A DNA stretch of 64,000 nt from Candidatus Rokuibacteriota bacterium (GCA_003220435.1 QHSL01000070.1:5511-69510), one strand, 5' to 3'; shown: positions 9,490 to 17,730, counted from the stretch's first letter. Notes: generated from the letters alone by a model not told the origin. Made by a program: numbers and translations.

Positions 9490-10398
9490 CTAGACCGTGT
9501 CCATGAACGTGCGCTCGACGCGCGTGAACAGCATCAGGCCGACGGCGAGCAGCGCCAGCATCGCGCCGAAGCTGGCCAGGAGCTGCGTGAGGCTGGCGGA
9601 GCCGACGCCGAGAAAGCCGAGGCGGAAGCCCTCCATCACCGGCGTGAGCGGATTGAGCAGCAGCGCCCACCGGAGGCGCTCGGGCACCGCCGACAGGGGA
9701 TAGATGACCGGGGTGGCATACATCAGCAGCTGGACCCCAAACGTGATCAACTGCCCGAGGTCGCGGTAGCGGGTCGTCAGCGCGCACACGACGATGCCGC
9801 CGCCCAGGGCGTACCCCGCCAGCAACAGGAGAAACAGGGGCGTCAAGAGCGCCCATGCCGTCAGGCTCAGCGGCGCGCCGGAGACGACGTGGGCGCCGAG
9901 GAAGACGAGGAAAATGCCGAGCTGGATCGCGAAGGAGATCAGACTGGAGATGACCACGGAGATCGGAAGGACCAGACGATGAAAGTACACCTTCCCGAGC
10001 AGCCCGGCGTTCCACACGAACGTCCGGGCAGTGCTGGTCAGCGAGCCGGCGAAATAATTCCACAGCACAGTGCCCGCCAGGTAGAAAAGGAACGGCGGCG
10101 CCCCGTCGGTCGGCAGCGCCGCCAGCGTGCCGAAGACGATCGTGAACGTGAGGGTCGTGAGCAGCGGTTGAACGACGTGCCACGCGGGCCCCAGGATCGT
10201 CTGCTTGTACATCGATACGAAATCACGCCAGACGAACAGGCTGATCAGGTCCCGATAGCGCCACAGCTGGCCCAGGCGCCAATCGAACCAGCCGCGGTGA
10301 GGCGAAATGACCGTGGCGGCGCCCGCGGCGCGTTGCCCCTCACCGCGCGCACGCAGGGTCCCGCCCCTCTGGCGACTGTCCGCGACCACGTTCACCAC
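9490..10398 (-). CDS. wzm: Wzm: ABC-2-type polysaccharide export permease.
   Basis: Six-TM hydrophobic protein with a WRYRDLISLFVWRDF N-terminal motif typical of Wzm/KpsM/TagG permeases. Directly upstream of wzt. Confidence 0.85.
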   Translation of the reverse strand: MVNVVADSRQRGGTLRARGEGQRAAGAATVISPHRGWFDWRLGQLWRYRDLISLFVWRDFVSMYKQTILGPAWHVVQPLLTTLTFTIVFGTLAALPTDGAPPFLFYLAGTVLWNYFAGSLTSTARTFVWNAGLLGKVYFHRLVLPISVVISSLISFAIQLGIFLVFLGAHVVSGAPLSLTAWALLTPLFLLLLAGYALGGGIVVCALTTRYRDLGQLITFGVQLLMYATPVIYPLSAVPERLRWALLLNPLTPVMEGFRLGFLGVGSASLTQLLASFGAMLALLAVGLMLFTRVERTFMDTV

Positions 10399-10613
10399 AG
10401 ACGGATCATCACGAAGCCGCGCTGCTGGAGCTCGTCGTAGACGTCACGCCGCTCGCGCCGCGCCGGGCCGCTCGCGGCGCCGGGATCCGCGCCCGGCGGA
10501 GCGATGCGACGGTCCAGCAGCACCTTGATGTCGGGCATGCCCGCGAAGACGGTCTCGAAATAACTGAGCAGATCGGGGCGGTCACGCGCGACCACGACGA
10601 TGACCCGCAGCAT
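10392..10613 (-). CDS. Small hypothetical protein (73 aa), possibly translationally coupled to wzm; paralogue of the 10781-11047 ORF.
   Basis: ATG 10613 is preceded on the minus strand by a GGGGGAG Shine-Dalgarno 4 nt upstream. Its stop overlaps the wzm start by 7 bp. Shares the motif pattern hhhVxRxDxxLxxYhxxxFxxxxxhxVhLDRRxxxxG...RRxhxxELxxxGFVhhxL with the divergent neighbour. Confidence 0.45.
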   Translation of the reverse strand: MLRVIVVVARDRPDLLSYFETVFAGMPDIKVLLDRRIAPPGADPGAASGPARRERRDVYDELQQRGFVMIRLW

Positions 10614-10700
10614 CAGTCTCCCCCGTCAGAAAACTTTCCAATTGGACCGTGGCCCTTGCGGGATCCACGAGAAAGCACGGAGTTTCAACATCTTCTGAAA

Positions 10701-10715
10701 TGGCACCGCATATGC
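10701..10715 (+). promoter_or_regulatory. Candidate sigma-54 (-24/-12) promoter: TGGCAC-N5-ATGC.
   Basis: aaaTGGCACcgcatATGCTcg has a perfect -24 TGGCAC, exact 5-nt spacer and the GC of the -12 element. The predicted start site is ~55 nt upstream of ATG 10781. Confidence 0.3.
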
Positions 10716-10780
10716 TCGTGTCCGATTCAATGCGTCCAGCAAGCACGGAACCTCACGTTCGACGGCTGCTCGAGGGCCAC

Positions 10781-11047
10781 ATGGCTCGGCATCTGTTCCT
10801 CGTCTCGCGCCACGATGCTCGTCTCTATGAGTATCTGGTCGATCGGTTTCGGGACGATAGAAACGTCGAAGTCATCCTCGATCGCCGTCACATCGAGCGC
10901 CGGGGCCGAACGCACCCGCCCGCGTACGTAGGCGGCGATCGCCGGCGCGGCGACCGCCGGACTCGGCGCGAGCTCGACCTGGAGCTCAAGGTCCGGTCTC
11001 ACGTGATCCTGACGATCCCCGACGCCGACACCCCTCCCCATTTATAG
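10781..11047 (+). CDS. Small hypothetical protein (88 aa from ATG 10781; ORF opens at 10649/10700), paralogue of 10392-10613.
   Basis: HLFLVSRHDARLYEYLVDRFRDDRNVEVILDRRHIERRG and RRELDLELKVRSHVILTIP parallel the motif order of the divergent small ORF. A GAGGG sits 4 nt before ATG 10781. TAG at 11045-11047. Confidence 0.4.
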   Translation: MARHLFLVSRHDARLYEYLVDRFRDDRNVEVILDRRHIERRGRTHPPAYVGGDRRRGDRRTRRELDLELKVRSHVILTIPDADTPPHL

Positions 11048-11048
11048 C

Positions 11049-11220
11049 CGCGCCTCGGCCGGCGGGGCCCCAGCCCCGCGACGGCCTGCAGCGCGTACTT
11101 TTCCAGAGTCGCACCTCGGCTGGCGGGGCCCCAGCCCGCGACGGCCTGCAGCGCGTACTTTTCCAGAGTCGCACCTCGGCCGGCGGGGCCCCAGCCCCGC
11201 GACGGCCTGCAGCGCGTACT
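11049..11220. repeat. Tandem direct repeat of ~60 bp: 2 full copies plus 1 truncated copy, each carrying a GC-rich hairpin.
   Basis: Copies at 11049-11109, 11110-11169 and 11170-11220 (cgcacctcggcYggcggggccccagccc(c)gcgacggcctgcagcgcgtacttttccagagt). Each contains the inverted repeat ggccgGCGGGGCcccaGCCCCGCgacggcc. It fills the whole gap between the convergent small ORF (stop 11047) and the TPR-protein gene (stop 11227). Confidence 0.9.
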
Positions 11221-11226
11221 ACGGTC

Positions 11227-14200
11227 CTAGGACGCGCCGAGCTCGCGCAGCACACGGCGCGCCTCGACGGCATCGGTAGATTTCTCGTCCAGCTGGAGCG
11301 AGCGCCTCAGCGACACGATCGCATCCTCTTTCTTCCCGAGCTGGTAGTAGGTCATCCCCAGGTGATGGTGGACCGGCGCGATCCGCGCGCCGAGCTCGGC
11401 CGCCCGCTTGAGGATCGGCTCCGCCTTCGCGTACTCCCCGCGCTGGTAGTACACGAAGCCGACGGTGTCGAGGACCGACGCGGAATTGGGCGCGGCCTCC
11501 TGCGCGCTCAGCGCCAGCGTCAGCGCTTCCGCGAGGTTCTGGGTCCGCGACGCGTAGATCCACGCGAGGTTGTTGAGCACCGCCGCATCCTTTGGATTCA
11601 GGCTCTGCGCCTTCCGATAGGAGGCGATCGCCCGGTCGACCTCGCCCTTCCGCTCGTAGGCGTTCCCGAGCAAGAAGTGGGCGGGCGCGTGACCGGGCTG
11701 CAGGGCGACCACGGTGCTCAGCGCGTCGGTCGCCGGCTGGAGATTGCCGCGCTGGAGCTGGAGCTGGCCGATGATGTAGTGCGCCGCCGCCAGCTTGGGC
11801 TGGCGGGCGACCGCGTCCTTCGCGAGCGCCAGCGCTTCGTCGAACCGTCCGGCCTGCGCTTTCAGGCTGGCCAGCCGTAGCTTCAGGTCCACGTTGGGCG
11901 GGCTCACCCGGTGGGCCGTGTCGAGGTGCTGGATCGCCGCCTCGACGTTGCCCTTGCGCTGGTGGTAATCGCCGAGCAGCAGGTTCGCCTGGAGATTCTC
12001 AGGCTCCGAGCGCACGACCGCCTTGAGGTAGTCGGCCGCCTCCTCCGCCTTCTTGTCGTGAAGACGCAGCAGGCCCATCGCGAGGTTGGCCGGAACGAAC
12101 GTCGGCGCGACCTCGAGGATCCGCCGGTACTCGGCTTCGGCTTCCGCTCGCTGGCTCCGGGCCAGGTACGCCCGCGCCAGCGCGTTGCGGACGGCGACGT
12201 TGCTCCCATCCTTCTCGAGCGCGGTCTTGAGCTCGCCGATCTGCTCGACCAGCAGCGCATCGTCTGGCTTCTGGCCCGACAGCGCCGCCATCTCGATCCG
12301 GATCCCCTTGGTGTCGGGCGCGAGCTCGAGGGCCTTTTGGTACGATCGCCGCGCGCCGTCCAGGTCGCCCCGCGCGAGCAGCGCGCGCGCGCGGTAGTAG
12401 TGGCCCGCCGCGATGTTCGGATTGATCTGGTTCACCTGATCGAACTGCGTGATCGCCTCTGCGGTGTTGTACTTGCCGAGGTAGGCGAGGCCGAGGAGGA
12501 TCCGCGGCTGCACGGAGCCTGGATCGCCGGAGACCACGGGCGAGAGCAAGCTCACCGCGTCGTCGTATCGGGCTCGCTTGATATAGAGGTGGCTCAGCGC
12601 CAGGGTCAGCTCGCGCGCTGGGGGCGTGGCCTTGATCGCCGGCTCGAGGACCGCGATCGCCTGGTCGAACCGGACGTGCGCGGCGTGAACGCTCGCCAGT
12701 GTGAGCGCGGCGGCGACGTCGGCCGGCCGATCAGTCAGGATCCGCTGGAGCTGCGCGACCGCTTCACCCTCGCGCTTCCCGGTTAGCAGCAGCCGGGCCA
12801 GGGCGAAGCGCGCGGGCGCGAACCGCTCGTCGACTGCGATCGCGCGCTTGAGCTCCTCCTCGGCCTTCTTCTGGTCACCCTTCTTGTCGTGGAGCGCGGC
12901 CAGCGTCAGGATCAGCTCGGGGTTCTTCGGGTCGGCCTTCAGCGTGGCCTGCAGCGCGGCAAGCGCCTCGTCGGTCCGGTTCTGCTGGACGAGCGTGGCG
13001 ACCTTCGCCCGCAGCGCGGGCACGTATTTCGGGTTCGCCCGGAGCGCCGTCTCGTATTCCCGGAGCGCATCCTGGGGCTTCTTCTCGCTGTTGTAGACGT
13101 TTCCGAGCGCCAGCCGCCCGGGCGCGAAGCTCGGATCGACCTCGACCGCCCTCGCGTACATGTCCTCGGCGCGCTTGAGGTCGCCGCGGGCGACGTAGAT
13201 CGCCCCGAGCACTCCGTAGGGCTGCGCGCTCTGGGGCATGAGCCCGGTGGCGGTCTGGGCCGACTTCACCGCCCGGTCGAAATCTCCGAGCCGGAGATGC
13301 GCCCGAGCCACTTGCAGATGGTACTCGCCGACCTTCTCCATCGGCCTGGTGATCGCGTCGAACTCGCGAAGCGCCTCGCGCGCGCGACCACCGGCCAGGT
13401 AGGCGCCTCCCAGGCCGTAGCGGAAGAGGGGGTTGTCGGGGGCTCGCGCCACGATCGCCTGAAATTCGACGACCGCATCGTCGACCCGGTTGAGCCCAAC
13501 GAAGGCGTGCGCGAGCAAGTAGCGCACGACCGGCGTGTCCGGCAACGACCGGGCGAGCGGCCGCAGGGCCAGGATCGCCTTCTCGTACTCCTGGGCCCGG
13601 ACGTAGTACCCCCCCAGGACGACCACGACGCGCGGCGACCATGCCTGACGCGGCAGGGTTTCAAGATCCTTGATCGCGTCAAGGAGCCGGCCGTCCACGG
13701 CGTGGAGCTCGCTGGACGCCAGGGCGACTTTCGGGCTCTGCGGAGCCACCACCTTCGCCTGATTCACGACTTCGCGGGCGGCATCGCGCTGGCCCTGACG
13801 CAGCAGCAGCCCGGCGAGCCCGATCAGTGCGTCGGGATATTTCGGCCTCTCGACGAGTGCGTCGCGATAGGCCTTCTCGGCCTCCGCCAGGCGCCCGAGG
13901 ATCGCGAGGGAGTCGCCTAGAGCCCGCTGGACCTCAGGCGTCCCGGGACCGCGCGCGAGAGCCTTCGACAGTAGCGCCGCCGCCTGCTGGGCGTCTCCCT
14001 GGCCGTTGAGCACGGCCCCCCTCACGTAGAGCTCCGCCGCGCTCTCGGGAGCCTTCGCCCGGATCGCGTCGGCCTGCTCCAGCGCCGCGTTCCATCCCTC
14101 GAGGTCGAGGTACGACTGCGCCAGGTCGGCGCGCGCCTCGAGATTGTCGGGCTGCAACTCGACTGCCCGCTGGAACTCCCGCATGGCGTCGACGTTCCAG

Positions 14201-14427
14201 GACTTGGCGCGATACGCGCGGCCCATCGCGTGGAGAGCGGGCGCGAATTTCGGATCGATCTGGAGAGCGTTTTTCAGCTGAAGGATCGCCTCGTTGTACT
14301 TGCCTTCGGTGTGGTACTTGATCCCCCGCTCCAGATATTGCTGCTTCTTCACGTTCGGGTCCTGAGTGCAGGCCCCGAGCATCAGCGCGCACAGCAAGCA
14401 CACCTGGAGACGGCGGCGCGTCCTCAT
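11227..14427 (-). CDS. prsT: PEP-CTERM-system TPR-repeat lipoprotein (PrsT-like), ~1067 aa.
   Basis: Start trimmed to ATG 14427 (MRTRRRLQVCLLCALMLGACTQ: signal peptide plus lipobox LGAC), with a GAGAGGA Shine-Dalgarno 6 nt upstream. The entire protein is tandem TPR repeats (AxxxYxxAxxxxP pattern), as in the TIGR02917-type protein found with exosortase A loci. Confidence 0.88.
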   Translation of the reverse strand: MRTRRRLQVCLLCALMLGACTQDPNVKKQQYLERGIKYHTEGKYNEAILQLKNALQIDPKFAPALHAMGRAYRAKSWNVDAMREFQRAVELQPDNLEARADLAQSYLDLEGWNAALEQADAIRAKAPESAAELYVRGAVLNGQGDAQQAAALLSKALARGPGTPEVQRALGDSLAILGRLAEAEKAYRDALVERPKYPDALIGLAGLLLRQGQRDAAREVVNQAKVVAPQSPKVALASSELHAVDGRLLDAIKDLETLPRQAWSPRVVVVLGGYYVRAQEYEKAILALRPLARSLPDTPVVRYLLAHAFVGLNRVDDAVVEFQAIVARAPDNPLFRYGLGGAYLAGGRAREALREFDAITRPMEKVGEYHLQVARAHLRLGDFDRAVKSAQTATGLMPQSAQPYGVLGAIYVARGDLKRAEDMYARAVEVDPSFAPGRLALGNVYNSEKKPQDALREYETALRANPKYVPALRAKVATLVQQNRTDEALAALQATLKADPKNPELILTLAALHDKKGDQKKAEEELKRAIAVDERFAPARFALARLLLTGKREGEAVAQLQRILTDRPADVAAALTLASVHAAHVRFDQAIAVLEPAIKATPPARELTLALSHLYIKRARYDDAVSLLSPVVSGDPGSVQPRILLGLAYLGKYNTAEAITQFDQVNQINPNIAAGHYYRARALLARGDLDGARRSYQKALELAPDTKGIRIEMAALSGQKPDDALLVEQIGELKTALEKDGSNVAVRNALARAYLARSQRAEAEAEYRRILEVAPTFVPANLAMGLLRLHDKKAEEAADYLKAVVRSEPENLQANLLLGDYHQRKGNVEAAIQHLDTAHRVSPPNVDLKLRLASLKAQAGRFDEALALAKDAVARQPKLAAAHYIIGQLQLQRGNLQPATDALSTVVALQPGHAPAHFLLGNAYERKGEVDRAIASYRKAQSLNPKDAAVLNNLAWIYASRTQNLAEALTLALSAQEAAPNSASVLDTVGFVYYQRGEYAKAEPILKRAAELGARIAPVHHHLGMTYYQLGKKEDAIVSLRRSLQLDEKSTDAVEARRVLRELGAS

Positions 14428-14468
14428 CGACAGTCCTCTCGCGACGTACTGCGGCTTCCACTTCTTGG

Positions 14469-14484
14469 GCAATTGGGATGCCAA
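14469..14484 (-). promoter_or_regulatory. Sigma-54 promoter for prsT: TGGCAT-N5-TTGC.
   Basis: The minus strand reads gcTTGGCATcccaaTTGCcc, with exact -24/-12 spacing. The predicted start site is ~30 nt upstream of the prsT ATG. Three sigma-54 enhancer-binding proteins are encoded in the window. Confidence 0.55.
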
Positions 14485-14756
14485 GCCTAGCACCTTCCTT
14501 CTCGGTTTCCGGTCGGAACTCTTTCTTCAGGTGTTCAACATCTGATCAGCGAGGTGGACAGTGGAGGAGTGATGTCAATTATTTGATTCAGTGCACTTTT
14601 TACCACGTCGGCCCCGGCAGTGACCGAGAACCGTGGCAAAATCCCGGCCATACGCCGACGCCACGCAAATGCTGCCACGCCGCAAAATATGCAAGGGAAC
14701 CGAAGGGTTGGGAAGCGCAGTTCCCTTTGGTACTCGCCTTGCTCGATCCTCAGCTC

Positions 14757-16163
14757 GTGAACCAGAGCTCTCTCGTCTCGCTAGTCGTGGATCCCGAGCC
14801 ATCCTCCGCGCAAACGCTGGCGGAGATGCTCGGCCAGATCGGTTGTCAGGTGCTCAGGACCGCGACCGGGGCCGAGGCGCTCGAGCGGTTTCACTCGGCG
14901 CTGCCCTCGCTGATCTTGCTCGACCTCGACATCGCCGACATTCCGGGCCGCCATCTGCTCCGCCACTTCCGCAGCTATGCGGAGCAGACGCCGATCATCG
15001 CTCTGGCGCGTCGAGTCGACGTCCGGATCGCCGTCGAGGTCGTGCGCGCCGGCGCGACCGAAGTCGTCGAGAAGGGAATCAGCCGGGACAACCTTCGCCT
15101 CGTCCTCAAAAAGGTGCTGCCGGCGGCGATCGCGACTGGACGCCGGGAGGCCCCCGACCGGGCCCGGGTCCTCTTCTTCTCGCGGTACGAGGGGCTCTTC
15201 CGGCGCAGCGAGCGGATGAAAGCCGTGGAGACGCTCGTGGTGCGCGTCGCCGACACCGACGGGCCCGTCCTGATCCAGGGCGAGCCGGGCACCGGCAAGG
15301 AGCTGGTGGCGCAGGCCATCCACCACCTTTCCAGCCGATCGGGCAAGGCCTGGCAGCGAGTGAACTGCGCTTCGCTGCCGGGCGACCTGCTCGAGTCCGA
15401 GATCTTCGGCTACGAGGGTGAGGCGCCAGCGAACATGCCGGTCCGCCAGCCCGGGAAGCTCGACCTCGCCGACGGCGGCACGCTGCTGCTCGACGAGATC
15501 GGGGACCTTCCACCGGTCCTCCAGGCGCGGATCGTCCATCTGCTGCAGGACGGTCAGTTCTTCCGCGCCCGGGGACGCGAGCTGATCAGCACCGGCGTTC
15601 GCCTGCTCGCAACCACCGTCAAGGACCTCAAGGCCATGGCGATGGCCCACGCGTTCAGCGAGGATCTGTCTCGCTTGCTCGGCGTCGTCAACATCGTGGT
15701 CCCGCCCTTGCGGGAGCGACGCGAGGAGATCCCGCTCCTGGCCGACCATTTCCGCGTCCGGTTCGCCGGCGAGTTCAACCGACCGCAGCCGAAGCTCTCG
15801 AGCGAAATTCTGGAATTGCTCTCCGCCTACGACTGGCCGGGCAACGTCCGCGAGCTCGAAAGCCTCGTGAAGCGGTGGATCGTCCTCGGCGACGACTCGC
15901 ACGTGAAGGAAGATCTCCAGTCGCGGTTGCGGGCGAGAGGGGCGAACGGCAAGCCGAGGCCCCCGTCGGCCGACGACGTCGGTCTCCGAGAGGTCGGGCG
16001 CCGAGCGGCCCGAGCGGCCGAGCAGGCGGCGTTGCACGAGGCGCTGGCGCGCGTGGGCGGCAACCGCGCGGCGGCGGCCCGTCTGCTCAAGATCAGCTAC
16101 AAGACGCTGCTGCAGAAGCTGAACGCGGGAAAGCGCGCCAAACGCCTCGGCGGGCACGGGTGA
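14757..16163 (+). CDS. Sigma-54-dependent response regulator (REC + AAA+ sigma-54 activator + Fis-type HTH). Start uncertain: GTG 14757 proposed; the ORF opens at 14478.
   Basis: REC-like N-terminus (SLVVDPE...LILLDLDIADIPG), then GEPGTGKE Walker A, GAFTGA-like ESEIFGYEGEAP loop, R-finger region and C-terminal HTH (GGNRAAAARLLKISYKTL). Divergent from prsT. Confidence 0.75.
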   Translation: MNQSSLVSLVVDPEPSSAQTLAEMLGQIGCQVLRTATGAEALERFHSALPSLILLDLDIADIPGRHLLRHFRSYAEQTPIIALARRVDVRIAVEVVRAGATEVVEKGISRDNLRLVLKKVLPAAIATGRREAPDRARVLFFSRYEGLFRRSERMKAVETLVVRVADTDGPVLIQGEPGTGKELVAQAIHHLSSRSGKAWQRVNCASLPGDLLESEIFGYEGEAPANMPVRQPGKLDLADGGTLLLDEIGDLPPVLQARIVHLLQDGQFFRARGRELISTGVRLLATTVKDLKAMAMAHAFSEDLSRLLGVVNIVVPPLRERREEIPLLADHFRVRFAGEFNRPQPKLSSEILELLSAYDWPGNVRELESLVKRWIVLGDDSHVKEDLQSRLRARGANGKPRPPSADDVGLREVGRRAARAAEQAALHEALARVGGNRAAAARLLKISYKTLLQKLNAGKRAKRLGGHG

Positions 16164-16255
16164 TGGGGGCCCAGCCGGGTCGGGATGTCCGGGCGAACAG
16201 CCTCTTGATTGGAACGCGGCGCCCTGTCAATATCGTAGGGCTGCGGAGGGCAGCT

Positions 16256-17656
16256 GTGCACGTCACCATCGTCGACGAAACCATGACCGTAGGTGAAGCC
16301 GCCCATCGAGTGCTGTTCTCGATGGGCGTGAAGACGACGTTCGCGGGCTCGCTACACGAGCTGCCGCTCGTGCTCGAGGCGAGCGGCGTGCCGGACCTCG
16401 TGATCGTGAATGTGACCAACGACGTGACGGGCTGGGAGGTCGCGGCCCGGACGCAGCGCGCCGGCTATCAGGGCCGGCTGCTCGCGTTCGTCGACGGGCT
16501 CGACGATCCGCGGACGCGCTACCTGACGCAGCTGCCGAGGGTCGAGTGCGTGGTGCGGCCAAGCTCGCACGCCCTGCTCGAGGACATCGTGAGAAAGGCC
16601 GTTCCGGAGCCGGCGCTGACCCCGGCGCGATCGCTGCCTCCGCTGCCCGCGTCCGCCTATCACGGCATCATCGGCCACTCGCCCCAGATGCATGACATCT
16701 TCTCTCGCATCGACAAGGTGGCGTCCGGCGACGTGAACGTTTGCATCCACGGCGAGAGCGGCACCGGCAAGGAGCTGATCGCGCGGGCGATCCACTACGC
16801 GAGCCCCCGTCGCGACCGTCCCCTCATTACGCTCGATTGCACCACGATCCCGGACGGGCTGATGGAGAGCCACCTCTTCGGGCACGTCAAGGGCGCCTTC
16901 ACCGGGGCGACGGAGCATCGCGAAGGTGTCTTCGCGCTGGCCCACACGGGGACGCTGTTCATCGACGAGCTGGGCGAGCTGAGCCCGCGCCTGCAGGCCA
17001 AACTGCTGCGTGTCATCCAAACGCGCGAGTTCTCGAAGGTGGGCGGGTCCAAGTCCCTCCGGACCGACATCCGGCTCATCACGGCGACGAACAAGGACCT
17101 CAAGACGGCCGTTGCGCAGGGCACGTTCCGCGAGGACCTCTACTACCGCGTGGCGGTCTTCATGATCAAGGTTCCAGCGCTGCGCGAGCGGACCGAGGAC
17201 ATCTCGCTTCTTGTCGAGCATTTCCTCCAGCGGTTCGCCACGCTCTACGGGAAGCCGATCACGAAGGTGGCGCCGTCGACGCTCGAGCGCATGACGTTGC
17301 TGCCGTGGCCCGGCAACGTCCGGCAGCTGGAGAATTTCCTGGAGCAGGCCGTCGTCCTCGCCGAGGGCGACACGCTCACCGACCGGGATCTTTTCGCCGG
17401 AGACTTCGCGAGTGCCGCCGTCAGCGCCACGGCCAACCCAGCGCTGTCGGGACAGTTCGAGCCGGGCCTACCCCTCAGCGAGGTGGAGCGGCGCCACATC
17501 CTTCGCACGCTGCAGAAGGTCCACGGCAACCGCACCGAGGCAGCCCGGCTCCTCCAGATCAGCGTGCGCTGTCTGCAGTACAAGCTGAAGGCCTACGGCC
17601 GGGAGGTCAGCGCGGCGCCCGGGTCCAGCCGGAGTCTCGTCCCCAGCACCTCCTAA
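16256..17656 (+). CDS. Second sigma-54 enhancer-binding protein with a degenerate receiver-like N-terminus. GTG 16256 proposed, with GGAGGG 5 nt upstream; an alternative ATG 16163 overlaps the upstream stop.
   Basis: GESGTGKE Walker A, GAFTGA motif (HVKGAFTGA), a sigma-54 interaction domain and a C-terminal HTH (HGNRTEAARLLQISVRCLQ). The N-terminal domain has N in place of the phospho-acceptor Asp (DLVIVNVTNDVTGWE). Confidence 0.8.
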   Translation: MHVTIVDETMTVGEAAHRVLFSMGVKTTFAGSLHELPLVLEASGVPDLVIVNVTNDVTGWEVAARTQRAGYQGRLLAFVDGLDDPRTRYLTQLPRVECVVRPSSHALLEDIVRKAVPEPALTPARSLPPLPASAYHGIIGHSPQMHDIFSRIDKVASGDVNVCIHGESGTGKELIARAIHYASPRRDRPLITLDCTTIPDGLMESHLFGHVKGAFTGATEHREGVFALAHTGTLFIDELGELSPRLQAKLLRVIQTREFSKVGGSKSLRTDIRLITATNKDLKTAVAQGTFREDLYYRVAVFMIKVPALRERTEDISLLVEHFLQRFATLYGKPITKVAPSTLERMTLLPWPGNVRQLENFLEQAVVLAEGDTLTDRDLFAGDFASAAVSATANPALSGQFEPGLPLSEVERRHILRTLQKVHGNRTEAARLLQISVRCLQYKLKAYGREVSAAPGSSRSLVPSTS

Positions 17657-17730
17657 AGAGCCGCGCCTCGGCCGGGGCGCGCACAACAAGCGCGCACCCC
17701 CTGGCCGCCGCCGATGCTAGATTAGCGCGT

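Noticed and set aside
11049-11220. Possibility that the tandem repeat is a CRISPR array.
   Set aside because: The units are directly abutting ~60-bp copies with no unique spacers, and no cas genes are present.
10986-11273. 95-aa ORF with an internally repeated peptide (GAPPAEVRLWKSTRCRPSR x2).
   Set aside because: It is simply the translation of the 60-bp tandem DNA repeat. It has no start context and runs into the prsT 3' end.
17706-17722. Sigma-54-like TGGCCG...TGCT upstream of the beta-barrel gene.
   Set aside because: The GG-to-GC spacing is one nucleotide too long (11 instead of 10 intervening nt) and the -24 box is a poor match.
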